64,000 nt of DNA from Pristiophorus japonicus (lineage: Eukaryota): positions 40,424,001 through 40,488,000 of the forward strand of contig NC_091978.1 in assembly GCF_044704955.1 (NCBI RefSeq), in the 5' to 3' direction. Under the pieces are notes generated by a model, which worked only from the letters and a program-made list of their open reading frames with translations, did no database searches and was not told the origin of the DNA. Position numbers and translations under genes: made by a program. Below, one piece after another: positions 37,382-51,000 of this stretch (its first letter is position 1; every line of letters begins with the position of its first letter).

Positions 37382-38404
37382 ATAAGAACATAAGAAATAG
37401 GAGCAGGAGTAGATCATATGGCCCCTCGAGCCTGCTCTACCATTTAATATGATCATGGCTGATCCGATCATGGACTCTGGTCCACTTTCCTGCCTGCTCC
37501 CCATAACCCCTTATTCCCTTATCAGTTAAGAAGCTGTCTATCTCTCTCTTAAATTTATTCAATGTCCCAGCTTCCACAGCGCTTTGAGGCAGCGAGTTCC
37601 ACAGATTTACAACTCTCAGAGAAATTCCTCCTCATCTCAATTTTAAATGGGCAGCCCCTTATTCTAAGATTATGCCCCCTAATTCTAGTCTCCCCTATCA
37701 GTGGAAACATCCTCTTTGCATCCACCTTGTCAAGACCCCCCCATAATCTTACACGTTTCAATAAGATCACCTCTCATTCTTCTGAATTCCAATGAGTCGA
37801 GGCCCAACCTCCTCAACCTTTCCTCATAAGTCAACCCTCTCACTTCCGGAATCTGAGCTGCCTCCAAAGCAAGTATATCCTTTCGTAAATATGGAAACCA
37901 AAACTCTACACAGTATTGCAGGTGTGGCCTCACCAATACCCTGTAGAGCTGTAGCAAGACTACTCTGCTTTTATACTCCATCCCCTTTGCAATAAAGGCC
38001 AGATTCCATTGGCCTTCCTGATCACTTGCTGTACCTGCATACTAACTTTCTGTGTTTCATGCACAAGTACCCCCAGGTCCTGCTGTACTGCAGCACTTTG
38101 CAATCTTTCTCCATTTAAATAAGAACTTGCTCCTTGATTTTTTTTCTGCCAAAGTGCATGACCTCACTTTCCAACATTATACTCCATCTGCCAAATTTTT
38201 GCCCATTCACTAAGCCTATCTTTGTACTTTTGCAGATTTTTTGCGTCCTCTTCACACATTGCTTTTCCTCCCATCTTTGTATCGTCAGCAAACTTGGCTA
38301 TGTTACACTCGGCCCCTTCATCCAAGTCATTAATATAGATTGTAAATAGTTGGGGTCCCAGCACTGATCCCTGCGGCACCCCACTAGTTATTGATTGCCA
38401 ACCC
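37382..38404 (-). mobile_element. 5'-truncated CR1 LINE, family C
   Basis: Tail, family C 3'UTR, and [15 protein letters not shown] motifs. Confidence 0.88.
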
Positions 38405-38760
38405 AATCTAGACTGACTCTCCAGTGCAATGCTGTCTTTCGGATGAGACATTAAACCAAGGCCCCGTCTGCCTTCCCAGGTGGACGTAAAAGGTCCCATG
38501 GCACTATTTCGAAGAAGAGCAGGGGAGTTATCCCCAGTGTCCTGGTCGATATTTATCCCTCAATCAACATAACACAAAAACACATTATCTGGTCAATATC
38601 ACATTGCTGTTTGTGGGAGCTTGCTGTGCGCAAATTGGTTGTCGCATTTCCCACATTGCAACAGTGACTATACTCCAAAAGTATTCCATTGGCTGTAAAG
38701 TGCTTTGAGATGTCCGGTGGTCGTGAAAGGTGCTATATAAATACAAATATTTCTTTCTTT
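38405..38760 (+). mobile_element. Deu-domain SINE (5'-truncated)
   Basis: Deu core GTCTTTCGGATGAGAC...GGTGGACGTAAAAGGTCCCATGGCACTATTTCGAAGAAGAGCAGGGGAG. Tail AAGGTGCTATATAAAT...TTCTTTCTTT. Confidence 0.85.
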
Positions 38761-41700
38761 AGTATAGCATGGCATAGGCTCATCTGTGCTGCTAATTGTA
38801 GTGGATATTTTGATTAGCATGCAGGCATTCGGCATCTCTACTTCCATCTGTGCCATCTTGAGCACTGTGGAAAGGGACGTTTGAATATTTTCCTTTGCCA
38901 ATTCTCTCTTGACCTCCTTCCTTCTCTTTCCTCCCCCCACTCCCAGTAGCATGGCTGAGTGGCAAACTTGCCCCCTTCCAGAACCAGAGGTGTGAATTTC
39001 ATTCATATCTGTGATTTGATCTCCACTCTCCTTAGCTATACATTCAAACCTCAAGGTATTGAACTGCTCGCTAGAATTTTTATTCTGCACCCGATTCATG
39101 TAAGAATTTTTTATTTAAACTTTGTAAATGCGATGTATTTCATTAATACAGCAGAGAAAGCAAATAGACTCCTAGAAAATAAACTGCTCACTCAAGGAAA
39201 GGTAATTATCTTATCCTTGTTGTATATAGTTCATAGTTATTATCTGCCGAGGGCCAACAGCAGGACACTTCTGCTTTGCAAGCTTGGTGCCCAAAATAGG
39301 TCAGCAATCCATTAGGAAACAGAAAGAAGTGCTGTTTACAGAGCTACTTCCCGTGTGAGTAGAATTTGAAAAACTGGTATTTTGCTGAGACACAGCTGGT
39401 GTTGAGATAAGTTTTTTAAAAATGGGCTTGCTGCCTGCTGAGAAGCTGAGTGACAGTTCAACTATTAGAATTCAATAGATCTCAAAGAAAATTGAGTACA
39501 TTTTAATGGAAGCTATTGAACAAAGAATTTTTACTTGTGGCAGTTTTCGCAAAAATCTTTGCATTGCGTGCAACATAAAATACAAATTATAATTTTAAAG
39601 CATTCTTTTGGATAACCTTTCTTTAAAAGGTAAGGCATTCAGTCAGATTCTTTTACTAGAGCTATTTTTTTACATATCTCCAGCTCATGGTATGCTGTGC
39701 ATTTCCCAAAACTCTGACCACGACTGCTGTCATTTCATAAATAGCACATTTTTTTCAGATCGCAATTTATTTTAGGTGATGCCTAATCCAAGAATTATTT
39801 TGTTTATGCCACCTTCACTTAATAAAAACCTTTGGTCAGTTGCTCCAATTAAAATGGAATTGTTACTCCATTAGCTCATAATAGCATACATTATGTAAAG
39901 CAGTTTCACTAACTGAGAATTACATAAAATGCCCCCTTTAAAATGTGATCTCCAAAACATGCCTTTTGATTTCTTAAGATGTTCGGAATGTCGTGGGAGC
40001 GGGAGTTCTGCGGTCGTCTAATTAAACTAAAAGTGATGCTGAGAAAACATCTGGTCTCCTGAGTGTTGCAAAGAGAAGTCAGTCTATTGGAATTTTAAGT
40101 TTTCCTCCCACTGCTCACAGGCCGAAAGTGTATTCAGGCAAAATCTTGTCCAGACCCCTCTAGAGCATCTTTTGAGACTGGCTGCAAGTAGATATATACT
40201 ATTGGATTCATCTTTTGATTTTCTGCCTCCTGTTTCCCCACCCTTGGAATGTGAAGCTTGTATCCCGCTGTTCTATTGCCAATATTCTGTAGCAACATGT
40301 AACCAACTCTTCACTAAAACTGGTAAAGGGCATATGAAGAAATATGTATTTTTTAATATCATTTTTGAAAGCCTTTGAAATACAATAACTTTTAAAGAGT
40401 GATGTTTAAATTGTTTCACTCAGCTGCTAGTTCTGAGTGATAAACTGAATCATTTGTGAGAGGTATAGCTTATAATACTATGAGATCAAAGGAAACTCTG
40501 CATTATTTATAGTGAAATTAATCTTTGCAAGTTTTAGCTGCTATTTTGTGCTGAAAGTTGCAGCTATTGAGCGAATGGTCTGCACAACGATAGTCACTGC
40601 ATTCCAAAAAGTATTTAATTGTGTGATGTGCTAATGCATTTTTCAACTTTATATTTGCTATATAAATGCAAATTTCTCTTTTTCTGGTCAGGTGTGAATC
40701 ACCAACATGAAATGTATTTTTTCAGTGAGTAATCTGAGACAATGAATTGAAATTAAATCTATTCTGTTTTTAAACAATTGGCATAATATGTGTATTGACA
40801 TTGTATTTGTGATTGACAAAGCTGTAGTCCTGCAGCTTTCCATCATTCGCTGTCAGCTGCTTCTGTACTCGAGGCTGCCCTATGCCATTGAAAAAAGTGC
40901 CCTTTACCAACTATTCAAGTACTGCATTAAAAAAACTAGCTATCTGATGCTGTCCTTCCCTAGTGGAAAGGTGCATAACTGTGGGCCAACACCTCATTAT
41001 TTTGGCTGAAGCAATGATGAGGAGGAAAAATTCCGAGGGATCGTGAAATTGGAAAGCTACAATAATTTTAATAAATAATGTACATGATTAAAAATAAAAT
41101 AATCAAATACACAATTTCAATCCGAAGAATTGACTTGCATTGTGTTGACATTGTCATGAAGATAACTTACTGTATTGGGAATCTGTCATAACATGGTATG
41201 GAGTATGTATGTGTTTTATGTTCAACCACATTTGAATGAAATAGTAATGAGTAAGGCTTGCAAATGGTGCTGATTTTCTCATTCATTGCTTATGCCATCT
41301 CATTGGGAGACGGGGAATATCTGAATTGATGGATCTTTAGCAATCTGCATTTTGATTCATCAAATGAAAATACCTAAAATCTTTGAAAAATTTTAATTGC
41401 ATTTTCACTGTCTTTCAGGGTGGGAATGTATGTGATTGTACTCCTTCCAAATGTGTAGTGCGCGCGTGTGTCCAATTATCAATTGAAGCATGGTCCTTCT
41501 CCCATTAGGAAGTTCCTTTCGCTCTTTCTCCTATCAGCACCTTTTTCGCTCATGTTCCAGTATTAATAAGGATACCAAGGTAATGAGCCGGACTTAGAAA
41601 TCATAATTATAATTAGTCTAGCGAATAATAGACCTGGATGGGCTCTGCAGGCACCTGAAATTCTAAATTCTGCTGAGAATTTATACACAGGCTTGGCTCA

Positions 41701-42054
41701 ATCTGTAGTCTGCATGTAAATGGTGATTACACTGCTGCTGCTCAGTATACTTTAAACTTTCAGGCACCTCCAGAGTCCAGTCTGGTTGCACTTCTCTAAA
41801 TTGCAATATTATATCCAGTTCCTGCTCTGTTTGTCCCTTGGAAAATAAAATACTACAACTATTCTGGTAACAGCTGTGAAATGTCAGTAATAGTTTGCTG
41901 AGGGCAGGTCATTTGTTTTGCTGATCTACAGTGATGCAAAAAACCAAGCAGAGTATAAAGGGTAGAAAAAAATATGCATTTTGGATCTCTGATTTGAATT
42001 ATTGCATATTGGATGCAAATAGTGCCAATTTGATAATCTGTGTGTTCGCTGTGT

Positions 42055-42500
42055 ATCACTCTTGCCTCTGAGTCAGAGGTGGTGGGCTCAAGCCCCACTC
42101 CACTGAGTTGAGCACAAAATCTAGGCTGTCACTCCAGCATTGTACTGAGGGAGTGCTGTAGTGAGGATGTACTGCTCTGTCAGAGGTGCTGTCTTTCAGA
42201 TGAGATGCTAATTCAAACCTCCACCTGTCCTCTCAGGTGGACGTAAAAGATCCCAAGGCACTATTCAAAGAACAGGGAAACCCTTCCTGGTGTCGTGGCA
42301 AATATTTTTCCCTCAGCTAATATCCCTAAAACCAGTTATCTGGTCATTTTCTCATTGCTGTTTGTGGGACCATGATGTGTGCAAATTGGTTGCTGAGTTT
42401 CCTACATTACAACAGTGAAAACACTACAAAAGTACTTCATTGGTGTGAAGTGCATTGGGAGGTCCTGAAGTCATGAAAGGTGCTATGTAAATGCAAGTCT
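42055..42500 (+). mobile_element. Deu-domain SINE, nearly full length
   Basis: tRNA-like head (CTCTGAGTCAGAGGTGGTGGGCTCAAGCCCCA), Deu core and tail. Confidence 0.85.
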
Positions 42501-43029
42501 GTCTCTTATTTATATTTATTCCCTCATCTTAAACATGTAAAATAAATCCTGGATACAACTGATCAAATGCAAAATGTTGTTCCAATCTGAGGTCCTAACG
42601 TGAAAAAAAAAAGAATTTATATAGTCCTGGTAAACTTCGAAGCTTAATCCTGTGCATTTTAATTAAAAATTGCAACAAATGCCAATTGACAGCTGCAATA
42701 TACACTCAGCCTTTAATTATCCACCTTGAAATTATGATAGCCATAGGTCATGCCCTGGTCTGGCTATTCAATCTGGAATTAACGTATATTTAGCCAATTA
42801 TGTATTATGTAAACTGTATATGCATAAGATTTAGAATGTTCAAATATTATGCTTTCACGAAGTAATTTGTCAAATTTATAGAGGAGTGAGCACTTTTCTT
42901 GACAATTATAGTGAACCAATATTGCCTTCATGTTAAAGTTCAGCATACATACCACAGGATATCAATGTTAAAATACCCACTACACCACTAGCATATTGTA
43001 GCTGCAGTATATACTTCAGGATTCAACGT

Positions 43030-44550
43030 TGCAACTCTTACCACCGAGAATGACAAAAGCAGCAAGGTCATGGGATGCCATCACTTCCAAGTTCCCCTCC
43101 AAATCCTGACTTACACATATATCATAGTCCCTTCATTGCTGGAACAAAATCCTGAAATTTCCTAGCACCATCGCCAAAAGGACTGACTGCTCACGACCTC
43201 AACAATGAGGGCTGGGCAATAAATGCTGTTTTGCCAGCATCCTGTAGAAAAAAATATATATTAATTGCGCAATATTCTCTCTCTTCATAGCATTATTTCC
43301 CATGGTACCACTAACGGTGAATTACAGGTTACCCTATTGCAAGAGGAGGGATCATTGGGGTTTGGAAATTGGATGAGGGTTTTACATCTCCACTGAGAAT
43401 TTGTGAACAAATTGCATTTATATAACGTTGTTAATGTAGGAAAACGTCCCAAGGTGCTTCACAGGAGCATAACCGACAAACATTGACTGAGCCAAAGAAG
43501 GAAACGTTAGCAAGGGTGATAAAAAGCTTGATCAAAGAGGTGTGTTAAAAATAAATTATACTTATAAAGAAGTTTGAGAAATGTCATTTGGGATATCAGT
43601 GGTTTATTTCTTTGATTCATGGAAAATAATGTTCTGTGGCAAAAATGTATTTTCTTTGTCTTTTTTTATTTGGATTCTTTATTGTTTGGACCAACATGTG
43701 ACAGTCATTAATAAAACTGGGACCAATGTTATTGCTGGGAAAATAACCCCAAGACTGTGGGGCCGTGTTTAAAGTAATTTGGTATGGGGAAGGTAGAATA
43801 CGAAATGCATAAGCAGAAAGGAGAGTAAAATAAGAGGTGATGTTAGAAAGACGAGAGAAACCCCGTTCAGGAGTACATATTAAACGGAGAATGTGGCACA
43901 GGGGTTTTGACTTGTAAATATTTTAATGCACAAAATATTAACAAAATTACCATTGGGTATGATATAACAGCATTAACCGAATGTGGTTTAGTATGGAGCA
44001 GGACTAGGAGCTGAGCATTGTTGCTTACAAAATATTTAGGAGTGATGGAATACAAAAAGGAGGTGGTGTGACATTGATCACATTTCATTATAGCTCTCAT
44101 GGGGACAATGAGGAAATGGTGCCAAAGCTGAATTTAGTTGGTTATATTTAGGAAGTGAATGAACTGTTGCTCTATTGAGAGTATATTATAGACTGCAGAA
44201 CAGTGGAAAGTGAGGAAGAAATAGGTAGGCAAATTAGTGAAAAATGCAGGAACAATAGGGCTATAATGATTGGTGACTTGAAATATCCAACATAAGAGTA
44301 ATTTAAGTGACCTAGAAAGGGAGGAATTTCTATGGCCTGTCCAGGGCTGTTTCTAGATCAGAAAGAAGCAGCAAATACTGCATCAAGTTCCAGTAAATGA
44401 AGGTGAGCAAGTCAGTAATGTAGGGGAACATTTGGGGAACAATGACCATAACAGAACTCGGTGCAATATAAAAATTGAAAAGGAGAAATAGTGAAAGATA
44501 AACATATTTGATTGGAAAAAAGCCACTTTCAATTAAATAAAAAGGAAACT
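43030..44550. mobile_element. Cluster of old LINE relics: CR1/L2-group 3' end ~43030-43240 (+), L2 tail ~43410-43545 (-), CR1 endonuclease ~43800-44550 (+)
   Basis: GGGCTGGGCAATAAATGCTG end (a similar end lies on the - strand near 29750-29840), TTGCATTTATATAAC tail, and KGGGV, IGDL and HLGNNDH-like codons. Confidence 0.55.
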
Positions 44551-45077
44551 ATGATATAAATGTGCACAATGGGTCTGCTGCCTGCTCTCACCATCGATTA
44601 CTATCACACTTTTCTCTGCGCCGGCCCCAAAGGATGGGGAAGCAATGAACCATCTGTAATTTTTACAACAGATTGTCAAATTGAAACAATTTAAAGCATT
44701 TCAGAGTGTTTTTAAATAGATAAACTGCACCACAGATGAATTACTCATCTTGGTGATTAAACTGCAGGGGCCAATGACGAGTCTCCTTGTATCGTCCCAT
44801 TTAGTTTTGTCATGTTTTTGCATATCAAAGACTGATGAGATCACACCCATTTGTTGGAAATTACTGCTACATCCAAAACTCAAATTATTTTTAAACTTGA
44901 AAAAATATAAAAATAGTAGAATCGTAGAGAAAAATTGAGGGTCTGGAGAAAGCAAGTGGAACTAAAATATTTCACTTTTTTTTTATTTATAAAATATATA
45001 CAATTTAAATCTTATGGGGTTGATGTTCCAGCTGCAAAGCTAATCTTAGCATCTGAATAGCTTTATTACTGTAATCT

Positions 45078-45590
45078 CTCTTAGGCAGCCCCTCAGTGTC
45101 GAGGATGACTTGCTTCCACACTAAAAATGAGTTCTCGGGTGACTGAAGAGCCCAATGCAGGACCTACAGTCGCTGTCACAGGTGGGGCAGACGGTGGTTG
45201 AAGGAGGGGTGGGGTGCTTGGGTTACTGTGCACTCCTGCTGTCGACACTTGACTTCACTTTGCTCTCGGCGAAAAGACTCGAGTTGTTCAGCGCCTTCCC
45301 GGATGCTTTTCCTTCACTTTGAGCAGTCTTGGGCCAGAAATTCCCAGGTGTTGGTGGGGATGTTGCAGTTTTTTCAAGGAGGCTTTGAGGGTGTCCTTGA
45401 AGCATTTCCTTTGCCCACCAGGGATTCGCTTGCTGTGTCGAAGCTCCGAGTAGAGCGCTTGTTTTGGGAGTCTCATGTCAGGCATGCGGAGCTGATCGAG
45501 CGTGTTCAACGGAGTTGAACGAGCATGGTCAATGCTTCAATTCTCGGGATGTTGGCCTGAGCAAGAACACTGACGATGATGCACCTATCC
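45078..45590 (-). mobile_element. RTE LINE 3' fragment
   Basis: RMPDMRLPKQALYSEL...GGQRK. Same 3'UTR as the other RTE copies. Confidence 0.85.
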
Positions 45591-45591
45591 T

Positions 45592-45803
45592 GTGGCTCAG
45601 TGGGTAGCACACTCACCTCTGAGTCAGAAGGCTGTGGGTTCAAATCCCATGCCATGATTTTGAGCACATAAATCTAGGCTGGTACTCCTGTGCAGTGCTG
45701 AGGGAGTGGTGCACTGTTGGAGGTGCCGTCTTTCAGATAAGATGTTAAACCCAGACCCCGCCTGTCCTCTAAGGTGGACATAAAAGATCCCATGGCACTA
45801 TTA
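45592..45803 (+). mobile_element. Deu-domain SINE 5' half with Pol III A/B boxes
   Basis: A box GTGGCTCAGTGGG and B box GGTTCAAATCC, then the Deu core up to AAAGATCCCATGGCACTATT. Confidence 0.85.
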
Positions 45804-46391
45804 CTATAATAATCTTTGTTTCAGTATCACAATGCATGAACTGAAAACATAAAATATGAGTTGACAATATGGAGACTAATTTCCCTGCACTTGCCGAGTG
45901 CTGAAGGTTAACAATTTAGTTGCATATCTTTTGCAAATATGTTATGAATTTTGATATATTAAGGAACAAAAGCATCTCTCCCTGCACTTTACCGTCTACA
46001 TTGTTAATCATGACTGCCTCACAAACGTTTTGAGACCAAGATTTTAAGGAGGCAGTGGTAACATATGCATCCTGAAGTAAAATTGTCATAAGAAACTTAG
46101 CATGAAATAAAAAGTAGATTTGGAAGTGTCAGGTCATAACTATGTAAATTATTTTTGTCTGATGCATTATATTCATTATATAGTGATCCAAAACTTTGCT
46201 TTCATCAGAGGATGCAATATTGGGAAATGTCACTTATACAAATTTTAACATGCAAAAATGTGAACATAAAAACATAAGAAATAGGAGCAGTAGGCGGCCA
46301 TATGGCCCCTCGAGCCTGCTCCACCATTTAATACGATCATGGCTGATCCAATCATGGATTCAGGTCCACTTCCCTGCCTGCTCCCCATAAC

Positions 46392-46648
46392 CAAGATGAG
46401 GAGAAACTTCTTCACTCAGAGAATTGTGAACCTGTGGCATTCTCTGCCACAAAGTTGTTGAGGCTAGTTCGTTAGATATATTCAAAAGGAAGTTAGATGT
46501 GGCCCTTACGGCTAAAGGGATCAAGGGGAATGGAGAGAAAGCAGGAATGGGGTACTGAAGTTGCATGGTCAGCCGTGATCATATTGAATGGTAATGCAGG
46601 CTCGAAGGGCCGAATGACCTTACTCCTGCACCTATTTTCTATGTCTAT
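46392..46648 (+). mobile_element. CR1 family A 3' fragment nested in the family C 3'UTR
   Basis: Runs from EMRRNFFTQ to the CTATTTTCTATG tail. The remainder of the tail (GTTTCT) reappears after 48034. Confidence 0.85.
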
Positions 46649-48034
46649 GGCCCCAAGTTTCCACATGATTTGCTCCTGATTTTTAGGAGCAACTGGTGGA
46701 GAACGGACTATCTTAGAAATCGCAATTCTCCACATTTTTTTTTCTGCAGTTCTCGTCAGTTAGAACAGTTTCACTTTGGAACAAAATTTTTTCTTCAAAA
46801 GGGGGCGTGTCCGGCCACTGACGCCTGATTTCAAAGTTTCCACAGTGAAAACGTACTTCAAACTAACTTAGAATGGAGCAAGTGAAGATTTTTGTAGAAC
46901 TGAAAAAACCTTGTCTACACATTAAAAAATCAGGTGCAGGTTACAAATTAGGCGTAGGGAACGAGGTGGGGGGGGGGAAGGGAAGTCATTAAATTCTACA
47001 ATAAATCCTTATTTATACTTATACAAATATTATACAAATAAATCTAACCTGAATAAACATAAGCAAAGAAAAGATTAAATAAACCATCTTCCTACCTGTG
47101 TGAAAGTGCTTCAGGCAGCTTCAGTCAGCTCAGCGGTGTGGCATCGTTCCTGTGAACGGGAGGGAGGGGCAGGCAGGCAGTAAGCAGGCATTTGTGCAGC
47201 CTTCCACTTGAGGTGGAAGCCTTAGTCAGCTCAGCGGTGTGGCGTCGTTCCCGCGAACGGGAGGGAGGGAGGGCCCGACCGACCACAGTGGGGTGGAGGC
47301 AGCCGTTCCCGACGGCAGGGTGGGGGGGAGGGAGTGAGGGCCCGACCGACCGCGGCAGTGGGGGGGGGCGGGGGGAGAAAGGGAGTGAGGGCCCGACCGA
47401 CCGCACCGGGGGGGAGGCAGGGAGGGGGAGGCAGCCGCTCCCGACGGCAGGGTGGGGGGGAGGGAGTGAGGGCCCGACCGACCGCGGCAGTGGGTGGGGG
47501 GGTGGGGGGGAGAAAGAGAGTGAGGGCCCGACCGACTGCACCGGGGGGGAGGCAGGGAGGGGGAGGCAGCCGTTCCCGACGGCATGGGGTGGGGGGGGGG
47601 GGGGGAGAATGGAGTGAGGGCCCGACCGACCGCAGCAGGGGGGAGACAGGGAGGAGGAGGCAGCCGTTCCCGACGGCAGGTGGGGGGGGAGGAGGCAGTG
47701 AGAAGTCTGCAGGACGCCTCAGAAGTTGAGGCAGCCATTCCCGACGGCAGGGGGGGAGGCCCGTCAGGAAATGTGCGCGCGTGCGCGAACGCTCCAACGC
47801 GCAGGCACAGTGTTGCCGGCACGAAAAAAACTAATTTAAATGGTACCCGCCCCCTCCCACTTACAAAATCGGCGCGAGTGGTAGGCTCCGCCCCCTGGGC
47901 GCCGTGCCAAGCTGCCATGGAGCTGCAGGGCGCTCCAGAATCGCGCGTTTTTTTTCAGGCACCCTTTTCGGCGGGAAAAACGGGCGCCCAGCTCGGAGGG
48001 GCGCCTGTTTTGTAGCGTGTGGAAACTTGGGGCC
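46649..48034. mobile_element. Non-autonomous TIR element (Harbinger-like) with an internal minisatellite
   Basis: Perfect 17-bp TIR GGCCCCAAGTTTCCACA. No transposase ORF. CpG-rich. Confidence 0.88.
47120..47760. repeat. G-rich composite minisatellite
   Basis: Six copies of GAGGGCCCGACCGAC interleaved with five of GGCAGCCGTTCCCGACGGCA (with variants) and G runs. A ~45-bp block AGTCAGCTCAGCGGTGTGGC... occurs twice. Confidence 0.9.
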
Positions 48035-51000
48035 AAAGTTTCTTACCCCTTAATCCTTTATCGGTTAAGAAACTGTCTATCTCTGTCTTAAATTTATTCA
48101 ATGTCCCGGCTTTCACAGCTCTCTGAGGCAGTGAATTCCACAGATTTACAATCCTCAGAGAAGAAATTCCTCCTCATCTCAATTTTAAATGGGTGGCCCC
48201 TTATTATGCCCCCTAGTTCTCGTCTCCCCTATCAGTGGAAACATCCTCTCTGCATCCACCTTGTCAAGCCCCCTCATAATCTTACACGTTTCGATAAGAT
48301 CACCTCTCATTCTTCTGAATTACAATGAGAAGAAGTCCAACGTCCTCAACCTTTCCTCATAAGTCAACCCCCTCATCTCCAGAATCAACCTAGTGAACCT
48401 TCTTTGAACTGCCTCCAAAGCAAGTACATCCTTTCGTAAATATGGAAACCAAAACTGCATGCAGTATTCCAGTTGTTGCCTCACCAATACCCTGTATAAC
48501 TGTAGCAAGCCTTCCCTGCTTTTATATTCCATCCCCTTTGCAATAAAAGCCAAGATTCCATTGGTCTTGCTGAACCTGCATGCTAACCTTTTGTGTTTCA
48601 TGCATAAGTACCCTTAAGAACCACTGTACTGCAGCAGTTTGCAATTTTTCTCCATTTAAATAATTTGCTCTTTGATTTTTTTTTCTGCCAAAGTGCTTAA
48701 CCTCACACTTTCCAACATTATACGCCATCTGACACATTTTCGCCCACTCACTTAGCCTGTCTATGTCCTTTTGCAGGGTTTTTTGTGTCCTCCTTATACC
48801 TTGCTTTTCCTCCCATCTTTGTATCATCAGCAAACTTGGCTACGTTACACTCAGTCCCTACTTCCAAGTCATTAATATAGATTGTAAATAGTTGGGGTCC
48901 CAGCACTGATCCCTGTGGCACCCCATTAGTTACTTATTGCCAACCCAAGAATGAACCATTTATCCCGACTTTGTTTTGTTAGATAGCCAATCCTCTATCC
49001 ATGCTAATATATTACCCCAACCCCGTGAACTTTTATCTTATGTAGTAACCTTTTATGTTGCACCTTGTCAAATGCCTTCTGGAAATCCGTGTACACCACA
49101 TCCACTGGTTTCCTTTTATCCACTCTGTTCGTTACATCCTGATTTCCAGCAAATTTGTCAAATATGACTTCCACTTCATAAATCTATGCTGACTCTGTTT
49201 GACTGAATTATGCTTTTCCAAATGTCCTGCTACTGCTTCTTTAATAATGGACTACAACATTTTCCCAACCACAGATGTTGGGATAACTGGTCTATAGTTT
49301 CCTGCTTTTTGTCTGCTTCCTTTTTTAAATAGGGCCGTTACATTTGCAGTTTTCCAATCTGCTGGGACCTCCCCAGAATCCAGGGAATTTTGGTAAATTA
49401 CAACCAATGCATCCACAATCCCTGCCGCTACTTCTCAAGACCCTAGGATGAAAGCCATCAGGTCCAGGGGATTTATCCACCTTTAGTCCCATTATCTTAC
49501 TGAGTACCACCTCCTTAATGATTGTGATTGTGTTAAGTTCCTCCCCCTTCCCCCCCCCCCCCCCCATAGCCCCTTGACTATCCCATCATTGGGATATTTT
49601 TAATGTCCTCTACCATAAAGACTGATACAAAATATTTGTTCAGAGTTTCTGCCATCTCCATGTTCCCAATTACTAATTCCCCGGTCTTATCCTCTAAGAG
49701 ACCAACATTTACTTTAGCCAGTCTTTTTGTTTTTATAGATATATAGAAACTCTTGCTATCTGTTTTTATATTTCATGCTAGTTTACTTTCATAGTCCATC
49801 TTCGCTTCATCATTTTTTTAGTCGTTCTTTGCTGGCTTTTAAAAGCCTCCCAATCTTCTGTCCTCCCACTGGTTTTGGCCACTTTGTATGCCCTTGTTTT
49901 TAATTGGATACCGTCCTTTAGTTAGCCACAGATGGCTATCTTTTCTTTTACACCCTTTTCTTCTCACTGGAATATATTTTTCTTGAGAGTTGTGAAATAT
50001 CTCCTTGAATGTGCGCCACTATTCATCAACCATCCTACACTTTAATCTATTTGCTCAGTCCACTTTAGCCAACTCTGCCCTCATACCTTCATAGTCTCCT
50101 TTATTTAAGCTTAGTACACTGGTTTAAGATGCAACTTTCTCACTCTCCATCTGAATTTGAAATTCAACCATGTTATGATCACTCATTCCAAGGGGATCCT
50201 TTACTTGGAGATTGTTTATTAATCCTGTCTCATTACACAGGACCAGATCCAAGATAGCCTGCCCCCTGGTTGGTTCCGTTACATACTGCTCAAGGAACCT
50301 GTCCCTTATGCACTCCCTGAACTCTTCCTCAAGGCTACCCTGACCAATTTGATTTGTCCAATCAATATGGCAGTTAAAATCACCCATGATGTTCCCTTTT
50401 TACAAACCCCCACTCTTTCCTGGTTAAAACTCTGACCAACAGAGTTGCTACTGTTAGGGGGCCTATCGACTATGCCCATCAGTGACTTTTTCCCCATATT
50501 ATTCCTTATCTCCACCCAAACTGTTTCAACATCCTGATCATTTGAGCCAATATAGTTTCTCACTATTGCAGTGATTCCACTCTTTATCAATAGAGCTACC
50601 CCACCTCCTTTTCCTTTCTGTCTGTCCTTCCGGATTGTCAAACACCCCTGAATTTTTAATTCCCAGTCCTGGTCACCTTGCAACCACGTCTCTGTAATGG
50701 CTATCAGATCATACCCATTTCTATTTGTGCCGTCAACTCATCTATTTTGTTACGAATGCTATGTGCATTTAGACAAATTGCCTTTCAATTTGCTTTTTTT
50801 ACCCTTTTTTCCTGCTTGTTTCCTCTCTCCTTCAAACTCACTTTCTTTATTTTTGGTTTCTAATTCCAGCTTTACTCCCCTCCCTACTGAATCTATTTTC
50901 AGGTTCTCATTCCCCTGCCAAGCTAGTTTAAACTCTCCCCAACAGCACTAGCAAACTCCCTTCCCCCGCGAGGATATTGGTCCCGGCTCTGTTGAAGTGC

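Noticed and set aside
45592-45650. tRNA-like sequence with A and B boxes
   Set aside because: It runs directly into the Deu SINE core and I see no intact cloverleaf, so it is a SINE head and not a tRNA gene.
47270-47750. Repeat-spacer-like pattern resembling a CRISPR array
   Set aside because: The spacers are themselves repeated and G-run based, the context is a vertebrate intron, and there are no cas genes.
47125-48015. Several 130-230-aa Pro/Gly/Arg-rich ORFs on both strands
   Set aside because: Translation of a stop-free GC-rich minisatellite inside a non-coding TIR element.
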